DNA of 64,000 nucleotides from Octopus vulgaris (GCA_951406725.2 OX597825.1:37262001-37326000), one strand, 5' to 3'; positions 27,930 to 42,692 are shown, counted from the stretch's first letter. Notes: generated by a model from the sequence alone, not told the origin. Numbers and translations: made by a program.

Positions 27930-28075
27930 CTAAAGTAGGCACAAAGCCTGAAATTTTGGCGCCGTGGCTAGTCGACTGGTAAATATTCTATCGACTCCAA
28001 GAGGAAGAAATGCCAAATTGACCTTGGCAGAATTTGAACTCCGAGCGTAAACACAGTTGAAGTGCCGCTAAGAAT
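27930..28075 (-). mobile_element. Decayed SINE family B fragment
   Basis: ggcacaaagcctgaaattttgg..tatcgactcc..gaccttggcagaatttgaactc resembles 63400-63535. Confidence 0.55.
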
Positions 28076-28100
28076 TTTGTCGACTCATCACCTTTATCAC

Positions 28101-28161
<61 letters not shown>

Positions 28162-28168
28162 GTAACAC

Positions 28169-28221
<53 letters not shown>

Positions 28222-28360
28222 GTAATAATAATAATAATAATGATGATGATGATGATGATGTTGATCATAATGATAATAATAATAATAATGATAATAACAA
28301 TAATAATGACGATGATGATGATAACAACAACAACAACAGCAATAATAAAAATAACAACAA
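28101..28360. repeat. (AAT)n/(GAT)n/(AAC)n compound microsatellite
   Basis: Direct reading. Confidence 0.9.
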
Positions 28361-29159
28361 TCTGCTCTAATTCAAATTCAATGCTACCGCATTCTTTAAC
28401 TGATTTCGGATAAGTTAAAGGCAAATAACAAACGTACAGTTTGAACTCAGAAGCTAAACAGAATTTCTCAATGTTTGTCAATCTACTGGCCTTTTGTTCG
28501 ATACGCACTCAATTATGTTACTCCACATATGGTTTCTTACAATAGCATAAAACTAAACATTTCAGGGGTGTGATATTTGGATTCTTGCACTTGTCTGATA
28601 CATATTATGCAAATAAAAATCAGTGTCCGAAGACACTGGTAGTTCAGTATTGCAAATATCATAGAATGAAGTTATCAAACCGACGTAAGGTCGTATGCCG
28701 TGAGGTGGTGACCTCTAAAACTGTGTAAGCCGAGGCAAACATCCGCAGTATTTAAACATAGATTCTATAAAAGCAAAAACAAATTATTGATATGCACGTA
28801 GTTATGACATTTCAGTAAGATTTATCAATTTCATCATCATGTTGTAAATGATAAAAAATTTTCTAATGCACCATGAAGCTGCTTTAATGGTAATAGTGAC
28901 ATGATGCTGTGGATGACGGTGATGATGATAGTTGCTTTACATAGGCATGACGGAAATTATGATGATGGTGATGGTGGTGGGAGTGGTAGTGACACTGGTG
29001 GTAGTGATACTATTGGTCATGATAGTGATGGTGCTGGAAATAATGATGATGTTGTTATTCCTAATTTTCCCAAAAAGTCTATGCTGATTTATTAAATGGG
29101 AATTAAATGTATCTGAGACGTGCTTGTACGTACATATTTCCATGATAATTTTAAATATT

Positions 29160-29225
<66 letters not shown>

Positions 29226-29269
29226 CACATATATATATACATATATATATATATTTATATATATATATA

Positions 29270-29790
29270 GTTGTCACTAAGTGTGACTGAGGTTGATAGA
29301 CAGCACCTATATTGCTAGAAATAAGAGTTAAAAACCATTAGAGATACAAGAAAGCACATTTTCATAAACTAACAGGGGAGGTAACCGCCCAAATAGGGAA
29401 GCTAAATCTCTAGATTAGATTAGTTTTGTCTGAAATTTTACAAGCTCGTCAGTAGTGATTGCTCCATCGTCGTATGGTTTGGCTAAGTCCATACTGCCAG
29501 TACATATATTTACCAAATAAATTTTTGGCTGAATTATCGAAATGCTAATGTAAAAATAATTAAATAATGAAGGTTGCTATACATAATATAAACCAAAATG
29601 CAAAACTTCAGTTGTCATTAATTGTGACTGAGAGTGAAAGGTGCTAATCTAGTGAAAAAGCTTCGTTATCTCTCCTATCAATATATGAAAATGTACTTTC
29701 TTGCAGATCTATGGGTTTTTAAGTCTCATTTCTAGCAATATGGGTACTACCCAGTACCCTCCATTACAATTATCTGCCTTCATTATTATT
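29270..29790 (+). mobile_element. Old, diverged fold-back insertion
   Basis: Imperfect arms 29305-29366 and 29684-29745; (TA)n on the left, (ATT)n then (TA)n on the right. Confidence 0.5.
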
Positions 29791-29827
29791 GCTATTATTA
29801 TTATTATGATTATTATTATTGTTACTA

Positions 29828-29908
<81 letters not shown>

Positions 29909-30062
29909 CTATCAGTATAAATATATTCAATTGTGTGCTTTGACTACAGCATTAGAGCATTTTAGCTTTTATTTCTAGGAATAAAGGTTTTTCTAACACC
30001 CTTGTTATACTTAGTTACAATCATGGTTTTACTTGTTGGTAAACATTGCGTACTACTGTTTA

Positions 30063-30111
<49 letters not shown>

Positions 30112-30115
<4 letters not shown>

Positions 30116-30595
30116 AGATGCGGAAAACGAGTTGTGATATATATAAAAAAGGAAATGAAGAAAATGCTGACAAAATAATTTAAGTAAGGGAGAGTGTATT
30201 TAATTAGGTGAAAGTTCTTTTTTTAAACAAAAAAAGAGAAAAATTGGGTTAGAATACAATGTTCAATTTTTGTGAATGATTTTACCGGTTGCGCATTTGT
30301 TATGCTTATCAAAAGATATTTTGAGTGAGATAGAGTTCCTTTCTGATTGATTTTTTCTCTTATCTATTTTTTTCTCTTATCAGATAAGAGAAAAAAATCA
30401 ATCAGAAAGGAACTCTATCTCACTCAAAATATCTTTTGATAAGCATAACAAATGCGCAACCGGTAAAATCATTCACAAAAAATGAACATTGTATTCTAAC
30501 CCAATTTTTCTCTTTTTTTGTTTAAAAAAGAACTTTCACCTAATTAAATACACTCTCCCTTACTTAAATTATTTTGTCAGCATTTTCTTCATTTC

Positions 30596-30599
<4 letters not shown>
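30112..30599 (-). mobile_element. Long fold-back insertion in (TA)n
   Basis: Arms about 30148-30365 and 30382-30599 (about 218 bp, near-identical); tail 30112-30147; degenerate hammerhead TTGATAA-gcat aacaa atgc-GCAAC-CG-GTA in both arms. Confidence 0.8.
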
Positions 30600-30654
<55 letters not shown>

Positions 30655-30659
30655 GTATG

Positions 30660-31635
30660 TATGTAAGATTAGCAAAATTTAGATTTAGATAATTATGGTA
30701 CTTAAGTCAAAGGCACCAGAATTTTGTATGGTATTATCCATATAAATCAAATGGGGTGATTATAATCAAAATAAGCTACAAGTATATCCGAGGTAGAGTT
30801 GTACAATTGTTTCATGCTACTTCATTTTATTTAAACACTGTAAGTATTACATCAGTTTTAAAATGTCGAGCAATCTTCAGCCACTTATAGAATTTTCCAA
30901 TCAAACGAACAATGCACATTCTTATCTCTATTTCATTTACCAACATTATAAAGAGGCACATCCATATAAAAATAGTAGCGATGGATGTGAACTTTGTTCT
31001 ATGGAGACATATGAAATTTTAAAACATAGGAATAATACAAACTTATTGAATAGCCATCCCGAACTGGGACAATCTTGTATACATTGTGCTACCTGTACGC
31101 TTAAGTATTTTAAATAATAACATTCTGACCATTCCTAAATTTTCAAATCATAATATTTTGTAAACCAAATAAAAAATTTATATATCATACTAACTTTTAT
31201 TTAACCTGCATAGATTACTAAGAAATTTCATTATATATATAAATCTGAATATAATGAAATTAGAATTTTTTTCTTTGGTTGATACTCCCCTATATTGGAT
31301 GGAAAAAATTCTATATATCTAGAGAAAATATTTGGTTCATTTTGTATACCTCCCTTCCATTACTTTTTAATATATCTTATTGACTCCTGATATATTTACT
31401 GAATTGATAAAGTCTTTCTCCACAGGTAGTAAATATGTGCCTCTTTATAATGTTGGTAAATGAAATAGAGATAAGAATGTGCATTGTTCGTTTGACTGGA
31501 AAATTTTATAAGTGGCTGAAGATTGCTCGACTTTTTAAAACTGATGTAATACTTACAGTGTTTAAATAAAATGAAGTAGCATGAAACAATTGTACTACTC
31601 TACCTCGGATATACTTGTTTCTTATTTTGATTATA
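30660..31635 (+). mobile_element. Fold-back insertion retaining PLE endonuclease C-terminus and a hammerhead
   Basis: Arms 30761-30961 and 31435-31635. The spacer encodes AHPYKNSSDGCELCSMETYEILKH..LLNSHPELGQSCIH (PLE PY..C.LC..E..LLN.R.E..C.H pattern). Tail 30660-30760 is on the inverted arm. Confidence 0.85.
31511..31599 (+). ncRNA. Hammerhead ribozyme motif, intact core
   Basis: Stem I AGTGG/CTACT; CTGAAGA; stem II TGCT..AGCA with a long loop; GAAAC-AATT-GTA (palindromic stem III, GUA triplet). Confidence 0.7.
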
Positions 31636-31652
31636 TATATACATATATATAC

Positions 31653-31710
<58 letters not shown>

Positions 31711-32464
31711 CAAGTATATGAGTGGTTTAGTTCACTGATGACCTAAACGAATAGGTACGCTGCGCAAGTGATATAACTGGTCATCTTTTAGTCTTCAAGT
31801 TCACAACTGAGGCTGGAGCTAGAGATTCGCAGCAGGCGAGTACGGTGTATCAAAAAAGGATTATTATTGTTATAATCTACTTCTCCAGTTTTTATTCAAC
31901 TTACTCTTATTGAATACTCTAAATGACCTGAGATACTCATCCTGCCTTGGTTTTGTTGTCCATTTACCATTAATATATATATATATATGTCAACTCCACG
32001 TCTCAACTCCAAACTAAGGACAACTCTCATTTTAGACCAGCCCAATATGTTTAATGTTGAAGTTGTAAGAGTTTGCCTTACTCTTCAAGCTTGGTTCGCT
32101 ATTTGATACCAATACCCTCAAGACGTACAAGCAAATTTAAATTCAAGAGTGAAAGAGTGAAAGGCGAAATCGAATAGTGTATGGTTTGATGATAGGGCTC
32201 AGGGAGACCCAACCGAATAAGTCGTGGCATTCTATCTAACACTCTAACAATACTGCCAATACAATACCATATATGTGTGGAAGAGAATTTGCAGAAGAGC
32301 ACAGGAAGCGAAAATGTTAGGAGCATGCATCATTGCATCATTGATGGATGACCAAGATACATTATACAACTTATATGCAAGCGAACGAGAAACAACAAAA
32401 TAACGAAAAATGATAAAAACGAAACAAAATAAAAATATGTAAAGACAATATATATATATATATA

Positions 32465-32528
<64 letters not shown>

Positions 32529-32975
32529 GGAAATAACCTTTAATATAGGAAATTCAACTGAAGTGAGAGGGCATTAGTCCATCCAAGCAATGTCGATTGC
32601 AGAAAGCATCATGCAGCCATCATCACCTTCAGTAACGCAGCAGAAAACCAACACGACAATAGCAGCAGTTCATTATAAGCAGCACCATTAACAACAACAA
32701 CAATACACAAAAACGTTCTAAAGGCAGAAATAGGATCTTACAATATGGCTATTTGGACTGTAGTTTAGAAGTTATCAAATATTTTACGCAAGACTCTCAA
32801 TAAGGTTGTGTTTTAATTAACTATTTTCATAAATATCAGTAACACATTAGGTGTGATATATATTTCAAGTTTGGAGTCAGTTTCTTATTTTGTAATTATT
32901 TCAAAGAAAATCGCATTAAACAGAAAGCAAACCAACTTGTGGTAACAACATGTTCAAGAATAGATAAATGTAGAC

Positions 32976-33033
<58 letters not shown>

Positions 33034-33040
<7 letters not shown>

Positions 33041-33511
33041 TAGGGAATAAATCCAAACTTACAGGGAAAAATCAGATTTTATAGTAAAATATTATATTAT
33101 ATTAAATTGGAGATAAAACCACTATTAGGCAAATCAAACAATGAAAAACTTAAGCCAATACATAAAATTAATTAATTTATATTATTTTAAATATATATCA
33201 AAAGTATTAAAAGATTAATAAAAGATAATGATTAAAACACTACGATCGTTTCACGGCCGTCCAATTCGTAATAATTCGAGTTATGGTTACAGTCAATCTT
33301 CAGGTGATTGACTGTAACCATAACTCGAATTATTACGAATTGGACAGCCATGAAACGATCGTAGTGTTTTAATCATTATCTTTTATTAATATTTTAATAC
33401 TTTTGATATATATTTAAAATAATATAAATTAATTAATTTTATGTATTGGCTTAAATTTTTCATTGTTTGATTTGCCTAATAGTGGTTTTATCTCTAATTT
33501 AATATAATATA
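33034..33511 (-). mobile_element. Long fold-back insertion in (TA)n with a hammerhead at the apex
   Basis: Arms 33093-33298 and 33306-33511 (about 206 bp), 7-nt loop, tail 33034-33092. Minus strand reads cac-CTGAAGA..GAAAC-GATC-GTA-gtg (33306-33238). Confidence 0.85.
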
Positions 33512-33589
33512 TATATATATATATTTGTGTGTGTGTATGTGTGTGTGTCTGTGTGTGTGTATGTGTGTGTGTATGTGTGTGTGTGCGTG

Positions 33590-33627
<38 letters not shown>

Positions 33628-35939
33628 AGGCGAGTATGACCTAAGATAGATAACAAGCAGTTGACAGTATACGATAACAAAAAATTACTGAGATCGTTAG
33701 TTACGCTCCTCTTCTCTTATTGAGTTTACGAAGAATTTCGATCAGCTGATTGTCTCCATACAACTCAGAGTTATCAACCAACGCTGATCATGCAAAAATC
33801 CAAAATTTATGAAGAGTGGAATAAGTACAATATAGGTTACAGACATCTCTTAAGTGGCTGTCAGCGTGTTGATTCGTTGTTTTTTTTTTATCTGGAGCAA
33901 TATTAAATTCGTGCTGTTAATTTTGGCCTGAGGACTAGCTACGCGGAGGAGAGTTCGTTGTGTAATGCTTACAGAATGAACTTCAGCTGGAGACGAATCT
34001 TATGTAACCTATATTATATATCTGTTCCACTCCATAAGAGTTGACATAAGCCTAAGAAACAGCACAATGCTCATATACCAATAGATACACTCACACACTC
34101 CCACACACACAATAGAGGTATCCAGGAGATTGAATGGCTTACAATGACCGTGGTTTAATTCTTGTCTAAGGAATTTTCAATCTCGCATGGTACCCACAAA
34201 TCAGAAATCATATATTATGTTTTAAGACAGCATGTGTAGATTGTTTATCTGTGGGATTTTCTATAGTCGTGATGTTACTTTGATTCTTTTATCTTATTCG
34301 CTATATTTCGCGAATTTTTATACAAACTGTTAACATTGTGACAAGAGTATGGATATGTGTTCGTACGTGCATCTGTCTCAGTGTGCGACTGTGTATTTGT
34401 GATTAGGAGAGGGAGGAGATACTGTGATCAGGTATCGTGTATACCCGTGTGCCCGTGAATATGTGTGTGAACACGTAAAAGTGTGTGAAATGTAGTGTGG
34501 TTAACTAAGATGGTTGAGATAACGGAAAATTGAAATCAATTAAATACAATCTTGGAATATAATTCTTTACCAATGACGTCAGTTGATAACATCTTTAGTA
34601 TTGAATCTTAAAAATGGAGTTCAAAGCACAGAGTTCATATGGGATGGACAATACATGATGGCGGAAGTTGGGAGGTGAGCGATTGAGAGTTTGTATGAAG
34701 ATATAGTATAAGTGCTTGAAGTTGTTATATGAGAAAATAAGAAGGAACTTTTATCGGGTGTGAAAATCTGCATATTCGTATGAGACAATGTGAGGGGAAG
34801 TGATAGGTCTGTTGATGTATGTCTATACGGGTGAGTTTGTATGTGTGATTAAATTGGTGTAACTAATTGTACAGGTGATTCTGTATGTGGTGTGTGGATG
34901 CTCATTTGGTTGCGTCTGAAATGCGGTGGGTGGTTAAAGGAATAAAGAAATCAGGCAAATAATTAATTCTAAAGTTCAAATGTATTTCGTTGTTAGTGAT
35001 AATAACTTGCTACTGAATAACAAAACTCGAATCGAAAACAGACTTTATATGGGATGGAAAATACATGATAATCAGAGGAGGAAGATGTATGATTATATGG
35101 TAATAGAAAGGGAGAAATTTACGCTTGTATACGCACTCATACACCCACTTGGCCATAACAAAATTACATAAATGAAACTTTTAAACCCAAATCGATTTAT
35201 CTACAAAGATATTACACCTACACACTATTTTCGAATACAATATATTAGTTCTATTTTCTTAACGTTATATATTCAAGACAGTAAAGTGCAGGTTGGATAT
35301 CATTTGGCTGTTATTTCTAGCAAATCAAGCAACCACATAGAGAGTCCTTCGTTGGTTCACTTTTGCGATGTTTGTAGCGTGCTGCGGTTGGTTGATCAAT
35401 GTCTAGTTTGCCTGGTGAAACGTAACTCTTTGTTTCATGTCATATAATGCAAATAATGCATCGTTAACTATAGCTACAAAGTATTTGTTGTGCAATTTGC
35501 CCAGAATAGTAATCAAATCACAGCAATGTTCAATAATAGTTAGTCATTGGCGCCAAATATTCATTCTTTCTTTACTTATTGTTTGTTGATTTATTTATTG
35601 CTTAGATATTTGATATTTTTATTTATTTATTGTTTATAATATTATTTTGGTTCATTACACTTTATTTTCATTGCCATGACAGCAAATAGCAAATGTACAA
35701 TCTCTCACTTTCTCTCTTCTCATTAAACAGAGAGAGAGAGAGAGAGGAGGTAGAGATACATACATATGCATATATACACATATTTATGTGTCTATATGTA
35801 TACATGTATATATATATATATATACACATATATATGTATATGTATATATACACACACATATATTTATATATATATATATACACGCATATATGTATATATA
35901 TGCATATGCATATATATATATATATCTGTATATATATAC

Positions 35940-35992
<53 letters not shown>

Positions 35993-36056
35993 TATGCATA
36001 TATATATATATATCTGTATATATACGTACATACACATATATATGCATATATATGTA

Positions 36057-36100
<44 letters not shown>

Positions 36101-39100
36101 CAATATGTATCTATCCACGCACACCCAGAAACATGTATATATATATATATATATACATGCATATATATGTGTATATGTGTGTGCTAATATGTGTATATAC
36201 AGATACATATACATATATGTGTGTGTGTATGTGTGCGATGTGTGTGTACACAAATATAGATACAAACACACACACATATATATAATACTTTAATACATGT
36301 ATATATATATACGCACACACAAACATACCTGAATGGATGAATAGATACACACACTTCCATGCTGACTTATACAACATACACACACAGCGCGCATATATTT
36401 CCATATATAAGAAGCATCGTTGCATGTAATATTGAAGACATAAGTATTGCGCATTTTTAATATGTTAGTCATTTACTTATATACACTAGAACACAGGAAT
36501 CTACATATAACTCCTGCACGCGCATACACATATAGACAAAAATTAATGAATAGAAAAACACACAACTACATAGCTTTTGCATAGTAATACGAAAAATTAA
36601 CGAAATATATTTTGTAGAGTATATTATTTATCTCTCGATAAATATATTAAGATATGCATAATATTGCATGGATAGAAATTTTGGAGGGGTTATAAGAGAG
36701 TATATTTCTGTTTGTCACAGTGAGGCATAGAAATAAGCGAAGTGCAAATTTTTAAGCTAGGTTCTTCAACAGACTTAGATGTAACAATCCTACTGATTTG
36801 CTTAAGAGTTTAGAAATTATACTGATACATATTTGTGCACACACAAATACACAAACAACCACTTCTCTCCATCCGAGCGCCTACATTGATCCCATCACAA
36901 ATAAATGCGCGCGCTCATAAGTGTATGTCTGTATGTGTACACACACTCCTCGCACACAGATACATATTCATACAACTATATCTAACTACCCCCCTCTCAC
37001 TCTGTGTATATATATACAGAATGAGAGGGGATTAGATATAGATATATGAATATGTATCTGTGTGCGTGAGTGTGTGTACACATACATATTCATAAATGCA
37101 TATCTAACTACCCCCTTTCACAGTGTATATATATACATACAATTAGTTATATACATTTACATGTATATATATGTACATATCTATATGCATATGTATAAAC
37201 ACACACAAATATATATACGTATATAGACACACACATATATATTTATGTATATATATATATATTATATAGATAGATAGATATATACACACGCATAAACACA
37301 CACGCCACGCATACATAAATATAAAGGGACACGCACACGCACGCACAGACGCACAAACACAGACACACATACACACAGACACACACAGACGTACGTACAC
37401 ACACATATGTTTGTGTGTGCATGTGTAAGCATACGATTACTCCTTCAGATATTTCTCGTTCATGCGTTGAACTTCTTTGTTCTGAATTATAATATAACGC
37501 TAGTTTGATTGTTTAATGAGATGCTTTCATAAAGTTACGTCCTCAAGAGTATCAGAAATATTGATAGTAAATACTGACGTTTGTGTCTCCTTTCCCAAAG
37601 GCTCCACTATTATATTAGTATATGTGGGAAGTTTCATAATCCTTTGGCGCGTGGAGACAATGAAGACTTTTGTCTTTGTATAATGTATCCAGGGAAAGAA
37701 AGTCAACTCGGCAAAGAGCTTATTGTATACTAAACTGTTTCTATAATTTGTGGTGTGTTTTGGGGAAGGTTTGGTAGGGATTTCTCGGGTTCCGTGACCG
37801 AGTGTCCTACCTTGGAATTACAGACGTGATAGGGGAGTCATCCAAACTCCTTACTACTGTACTGCATTTCTCACTCCCTCACATGTCCACACACACGTGA
37901 ACGTACGTATTGTTCATATAAGGCTACTGTATCACCCCTTTTCTACTCAGAAACACACAGCCATACACTTAGAAACATGCATATTTGGAAACTCAATATA
38001 ATATTGCCAGGAAAAATAGCTGATAACAAAAAGTAGCTTAGATTTAAATCAGAAGAAAAAAGGTGTTTGTGACCTTTACTTTAATGCTTTAGACGCACAA
38101 GTGAAACAGTCTCTTTCTCAATAGAGAATTGCGTTTTCAGTGAAAACGGGAACAGTGCAAGGTTCACTGTATGTCTATTTTCTATGTAACCAAGTCTTCC
38201 TGTACATAGTGGTGACATAGAAGAACAAATTTTGCTGAACAGCTAAAAACAAATTGTACCATGTAAATAACTAATCTTTCCTCTCTGATGGTAGAAATAA
38301 AGAGTCCAAAACTAATCTCTATCTGAACTCAGATATATCTTGGGCCAGATCGATATGGTTGCAAATATATCGACGTCACATTCAAGTAGCTGTACAAGTT
38401 ATTGCCAACATATATACAACCTGATCTGTTTGCTTTTTATTCTTCCAAGTAAAACATGGATGCTGTAATAAGCATTAATTTTCTCGTTATCTTTAAAAGA
38501 TCACACCTTTATGCATTTCAAGAAACATTCCTTTTTCTCTATTGAAACGCCATAATACTTACTACATTGTAGCAGCTATCTGATCACGTTAAAAGATAAC
38601 CAGTCTATACTTAAATTCGAAGTGTTATTTCGACACCTTTCTGGTTAAATGACATTTTGCGAATTCCTTCCTGAGATAGATTTAATTTATGAGATCGTCT
38701 TAAGGTCTGAATACTAACAATAGGAAATATCTACATGTCACCTATATCTCATTTTATGAAATAACACAAGACTGTTGATTCACAGAACAATATTTGAAAG
38801 TGTAAATGGTATCTCTCTAAAAATCTCTTTCTTTCTCCTAATATATCACACCTAGTTAAGTTCGTTGAAAATATAAATATAAGTAAAGAGTTGATGAAGT
38901 TTAGCTTTATTCTATCTGTAGTTAGTAAAAATCATTTTAAATAATGAAAGATACATATATTTTGTTGAGAGAGATCTTGTTTCATTTTCTGTTTTCTAGT
39001 TTAAGCTTACTTGGTTATGAATTTGAATTTCCTTATCATACTGCTTTATCGTAAAATTCCATTTACATTACATTAGTTCCGGTGTGTCTCAGCACTAAAC

Positions 39101-40415
39101 CGTGACCCTTGCTATTTCTTTTCGTTATCAACTCGTTGATATTTCCCCTACAAAACGAAACTCTTACTTCTGATGATCTATCTGCAGCCAAAGTCAGACA
39201 CTTTTCTAATGTTTCACTTCTCAAGGTTTAATGATATTTTATACCTGCTACATCACAAGAGCATGAACCTTCATTTCAGTTTTGAATAGCTACTGATCCT
39301 AAACTACGTACATCTACACCTACGTTAGAGTACTGAGAAGCTATCAAACATCAAGTGGCTTTCACAAACATTTTTAAAGGATACATCCAAACTAAAACAC
39401 AACTGACTGGAAAACGTTCACGCTTACAGAACTAAAACATAAAGTACTCTGGCTGTCATTATATTTCAGCTATTTATTTACTTTAACAGATAACAAGAAA
39501 GAATCTTTTTCACATCCCATACCAAATTACAATTATTACTTTAAACATCATGTGTAACAGCACTATGCACGGAACTTTAAGTTAACAATTTTTATCTCTA
39601 GAACTACAATTATCTAGAACTCTCTCACTGCTCATCTTCTCTTATTTTTTATACAGACATTAGACTGAAAAACAAAAGTCAATATGAATATCAGCTGCAT
39701 CGATCTCATAGGTCCTGTAGGGTCTGCAAACACAACGGGAAGTGCATTTGCTACCCGCTTAGAAAAGCAGAGAGAAAAATCTCGATAATGAATCGCATGA
39801 AAACAAGAATCTGACAAGAAAATATTCTCATAAAATATTAAATAGAAATTGATTGATGAGGAACTAAAGTAGGAAGTTTTATAGTTTCACTGCTATATTC
39901 CCTCTCTTGTATTAAATAGTATGACGTACGATTTGCGATTCCTGTTGTTTTGTTGCAATCTTGTGTTTTATTAATAACAATGGATATAAATAAAGCATTA
40001 TACTAACTCATAAACTTGTAGTATATACATCATTTATATGTTCAGAGTAAATGGCAAAAAAAATCAATCATATGATCCCATTTGTCCAATAAACAGTAAT
40101 TTTCTATACCGCAATACGAAGAGATTGCAAGTAAAATATGTCAAAAGATCAAGTAAAATAATCCTGGTTGTTAAATAATGTGAATAAATGTTTGTACTAG
40201 AACGGATTCGGTCCACGAAATTTTTAGCAAATTTCATCAATAAGGTTTAAATAATAGGGATTATGATTTAAAGATCATTAAATGTGGTAAAACTAAATAT
40301 TTAAAATTTTAGGTGAATCAAACTGTCACTTCACCGAACTACGCATTCAAAATTGTTAATTTAGGTCTTATCCTAATGCACACACACGCTCACATACATA
40401 TATAGATACGCACAA

Positions 40416-40446
<31 letters not shown>

Positions 40447-40563
40447 GCCTATACATAGTTACATATGAATATATATACATAATATACATATGTGACAATG
40501 TGTGCATACATGTTGTATATATACATATATATGTACACACCACACCCGCACATACAAATGCAT

Positions 40564-40596
<33 letters not shown>

Positions 40597-40697
40597 CATA
40601 TTAATATATGTACATGTATGTGTGTATGATTTAGTTATAAAAAAGCAATCAAATACGATTTATTTTGTCTAGAACAAACACACACATACACACATCG

Positions 40698-40778
<81 letters not shown>

Positions 40779-41269
40779 ATACATATATACATAATAAGAA
40801 TAACGTAAAGAGTATTATGATATAAATATAATCCAGAATATCTGTGCCGTCGTATAACTGATTTCGTAAGTATTTCTATTATAGTTATCTTACATTATAA
40901 ACATATATATATAGCTTAATATCGATTTTATTATGGCGAATAGAAATATTGGTATATGTGTGAAATACTAGTCGATAACAAAGTATTATTTAAAAAAATA
41001 TATATTTAAAAATAATAATGATTGCACTATGAAATACATAAAAGAAATAAATAAATGCAAACTGTACCAGGAATTTGAATATCATTTGCATTATCAGCAG
41101 ACGACTCAAAAACTGAAAAGATAATGAAATACGAATTATTTTGCCTAAGCCACACACACACACGCACGCACACACACATATATATATAAACATTAATATA
41201 TACATATATACACATATATATGCATACATCAATATATATTAAGTGTGTAAGTATGTATGTATGTATATG

Positions 41270-41336
<67 letters not shown>

Positions 41337-41399
41337 GTCTGCCTCTCACTCTCTCTATATATATACATATACATACATACATACATATATATGTGTGTG

Positions 41400-41443
<44 letters not shown>

Positions 41444-41488
41444 ACAGTGTTTATGCGTGTTTGAAGAGAGTTTTGTTCCAATAACAAT

Positions 41489-41531
<43 letters not shown>

Positions 41532-41775
41532 TTAATAATAATAATAATAATAATAATCATAACAACAACAACAACAACACTGTTCACAAGAGCAAAAAAT
41601 GGCATTTTTCTTTATGACTTAAAGTTGCAAGCAGTTCTTTGAATACGCAAAATAAAGGATAAAAACTTCACATCTCGTTGTTTTCAGTCTGTTTATTTAT
41701 GTGTAATTGTCTATACGTATATACATATTTACACACACACACACACATACATACATACATACATACATACATACA

Positions 41776-41811
<36 letters not shown>

Positions 41812-42180
41812 TATGTGTCTGTGTGTGTGTGCGTGTGTTTTGCCCTGTGTTATGAGTGAGTGTGCCTTTATGTGTATTATATTTGTCAATGTTATGTTTG
41901 TATACGATTGTATTTTTTCTTTCGGGAAAGTAAATATAAATAATATATGAATTATAAATATATCGATCTTACAAATAACACCTGAATATATTTCATATCT
42001 CTGATCCGTTTGTGATAGTTTTCAAGACTGGAGACGAGTGAAAGACTAAGGTGATAAAGTTTCAGCTTTTTGGTTGGCTATTACTAATATGTGTTGCGCT
42101 TAACTTCTAAATTCTCTGTCGAAAGTGCTAAAGTTTCATAAATCCAGATGAAATGGAAAGGGAAATGTAGAAAAGAGCGT

Positions 42181-42224
<44 letters not shown>

Positions 42225-42321
42225 ACGTTCTTTTCTACATATATGTGTGTTGGCCTTGTCACTAATCTAGCTATCTACACACACACATATATATATCCCT
42301 ATATATATATATATATATATA

Positions 42322-42687
42322 TATATTACATACATATAAGAGGTATGACCACTAAGTGGACATCCAATATGCAAGATGTAGACCTCATATGGTCTAACCT
42401 CTAAGGAACAATGAAACCTGGTATATGACTAATCATTACATTTTGTATCTTTTCATTTGTCTTGCTCGCTTATGTTCTGGTGTTTGTTGAATTTTTCTTG
42501 AGAACAATCTTTTCTTAGCGATTAAACCATATAGGGTCTACATCTAGCATATTGGATGTCACTTAGTGGTCATCCCTTTTATATGTATGTAATATAATTG
42601 TTCTGAATCTTCAGATTTTTTCAATATGGTAGGCCACTGGTTTAAATTGATATTAATCAAATTAACATTCAATTTTTACCCTTATTA

Positions 42688-42692
<5 letters not shown>
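42322..42692 (+). mobile_element. Fold-back insertion, family P1
   Basis: Arms 42322-42408 and 42511-42596, tail 42597-42692, (TA)n on both sides; homologous to 7605-7826 and 48064-48440. Confidence 0.8.

Noticed and set aside
30112-33511. Long palindromes as amplification or assembly chimeras
   Set aside because: Arms carry mismatches, older diverged examples exist (29305, 52288) and boundaries recur between independent copies. Long-read confirmation is still advisable.
35668-36425. Many long overlapping ORFs rich in YI, HT, CV, ER or poly-N/I (here and throughout the window)
   Set aside because: They are translations of stop-poor microsatellites in several frames, with no sign of coding function.
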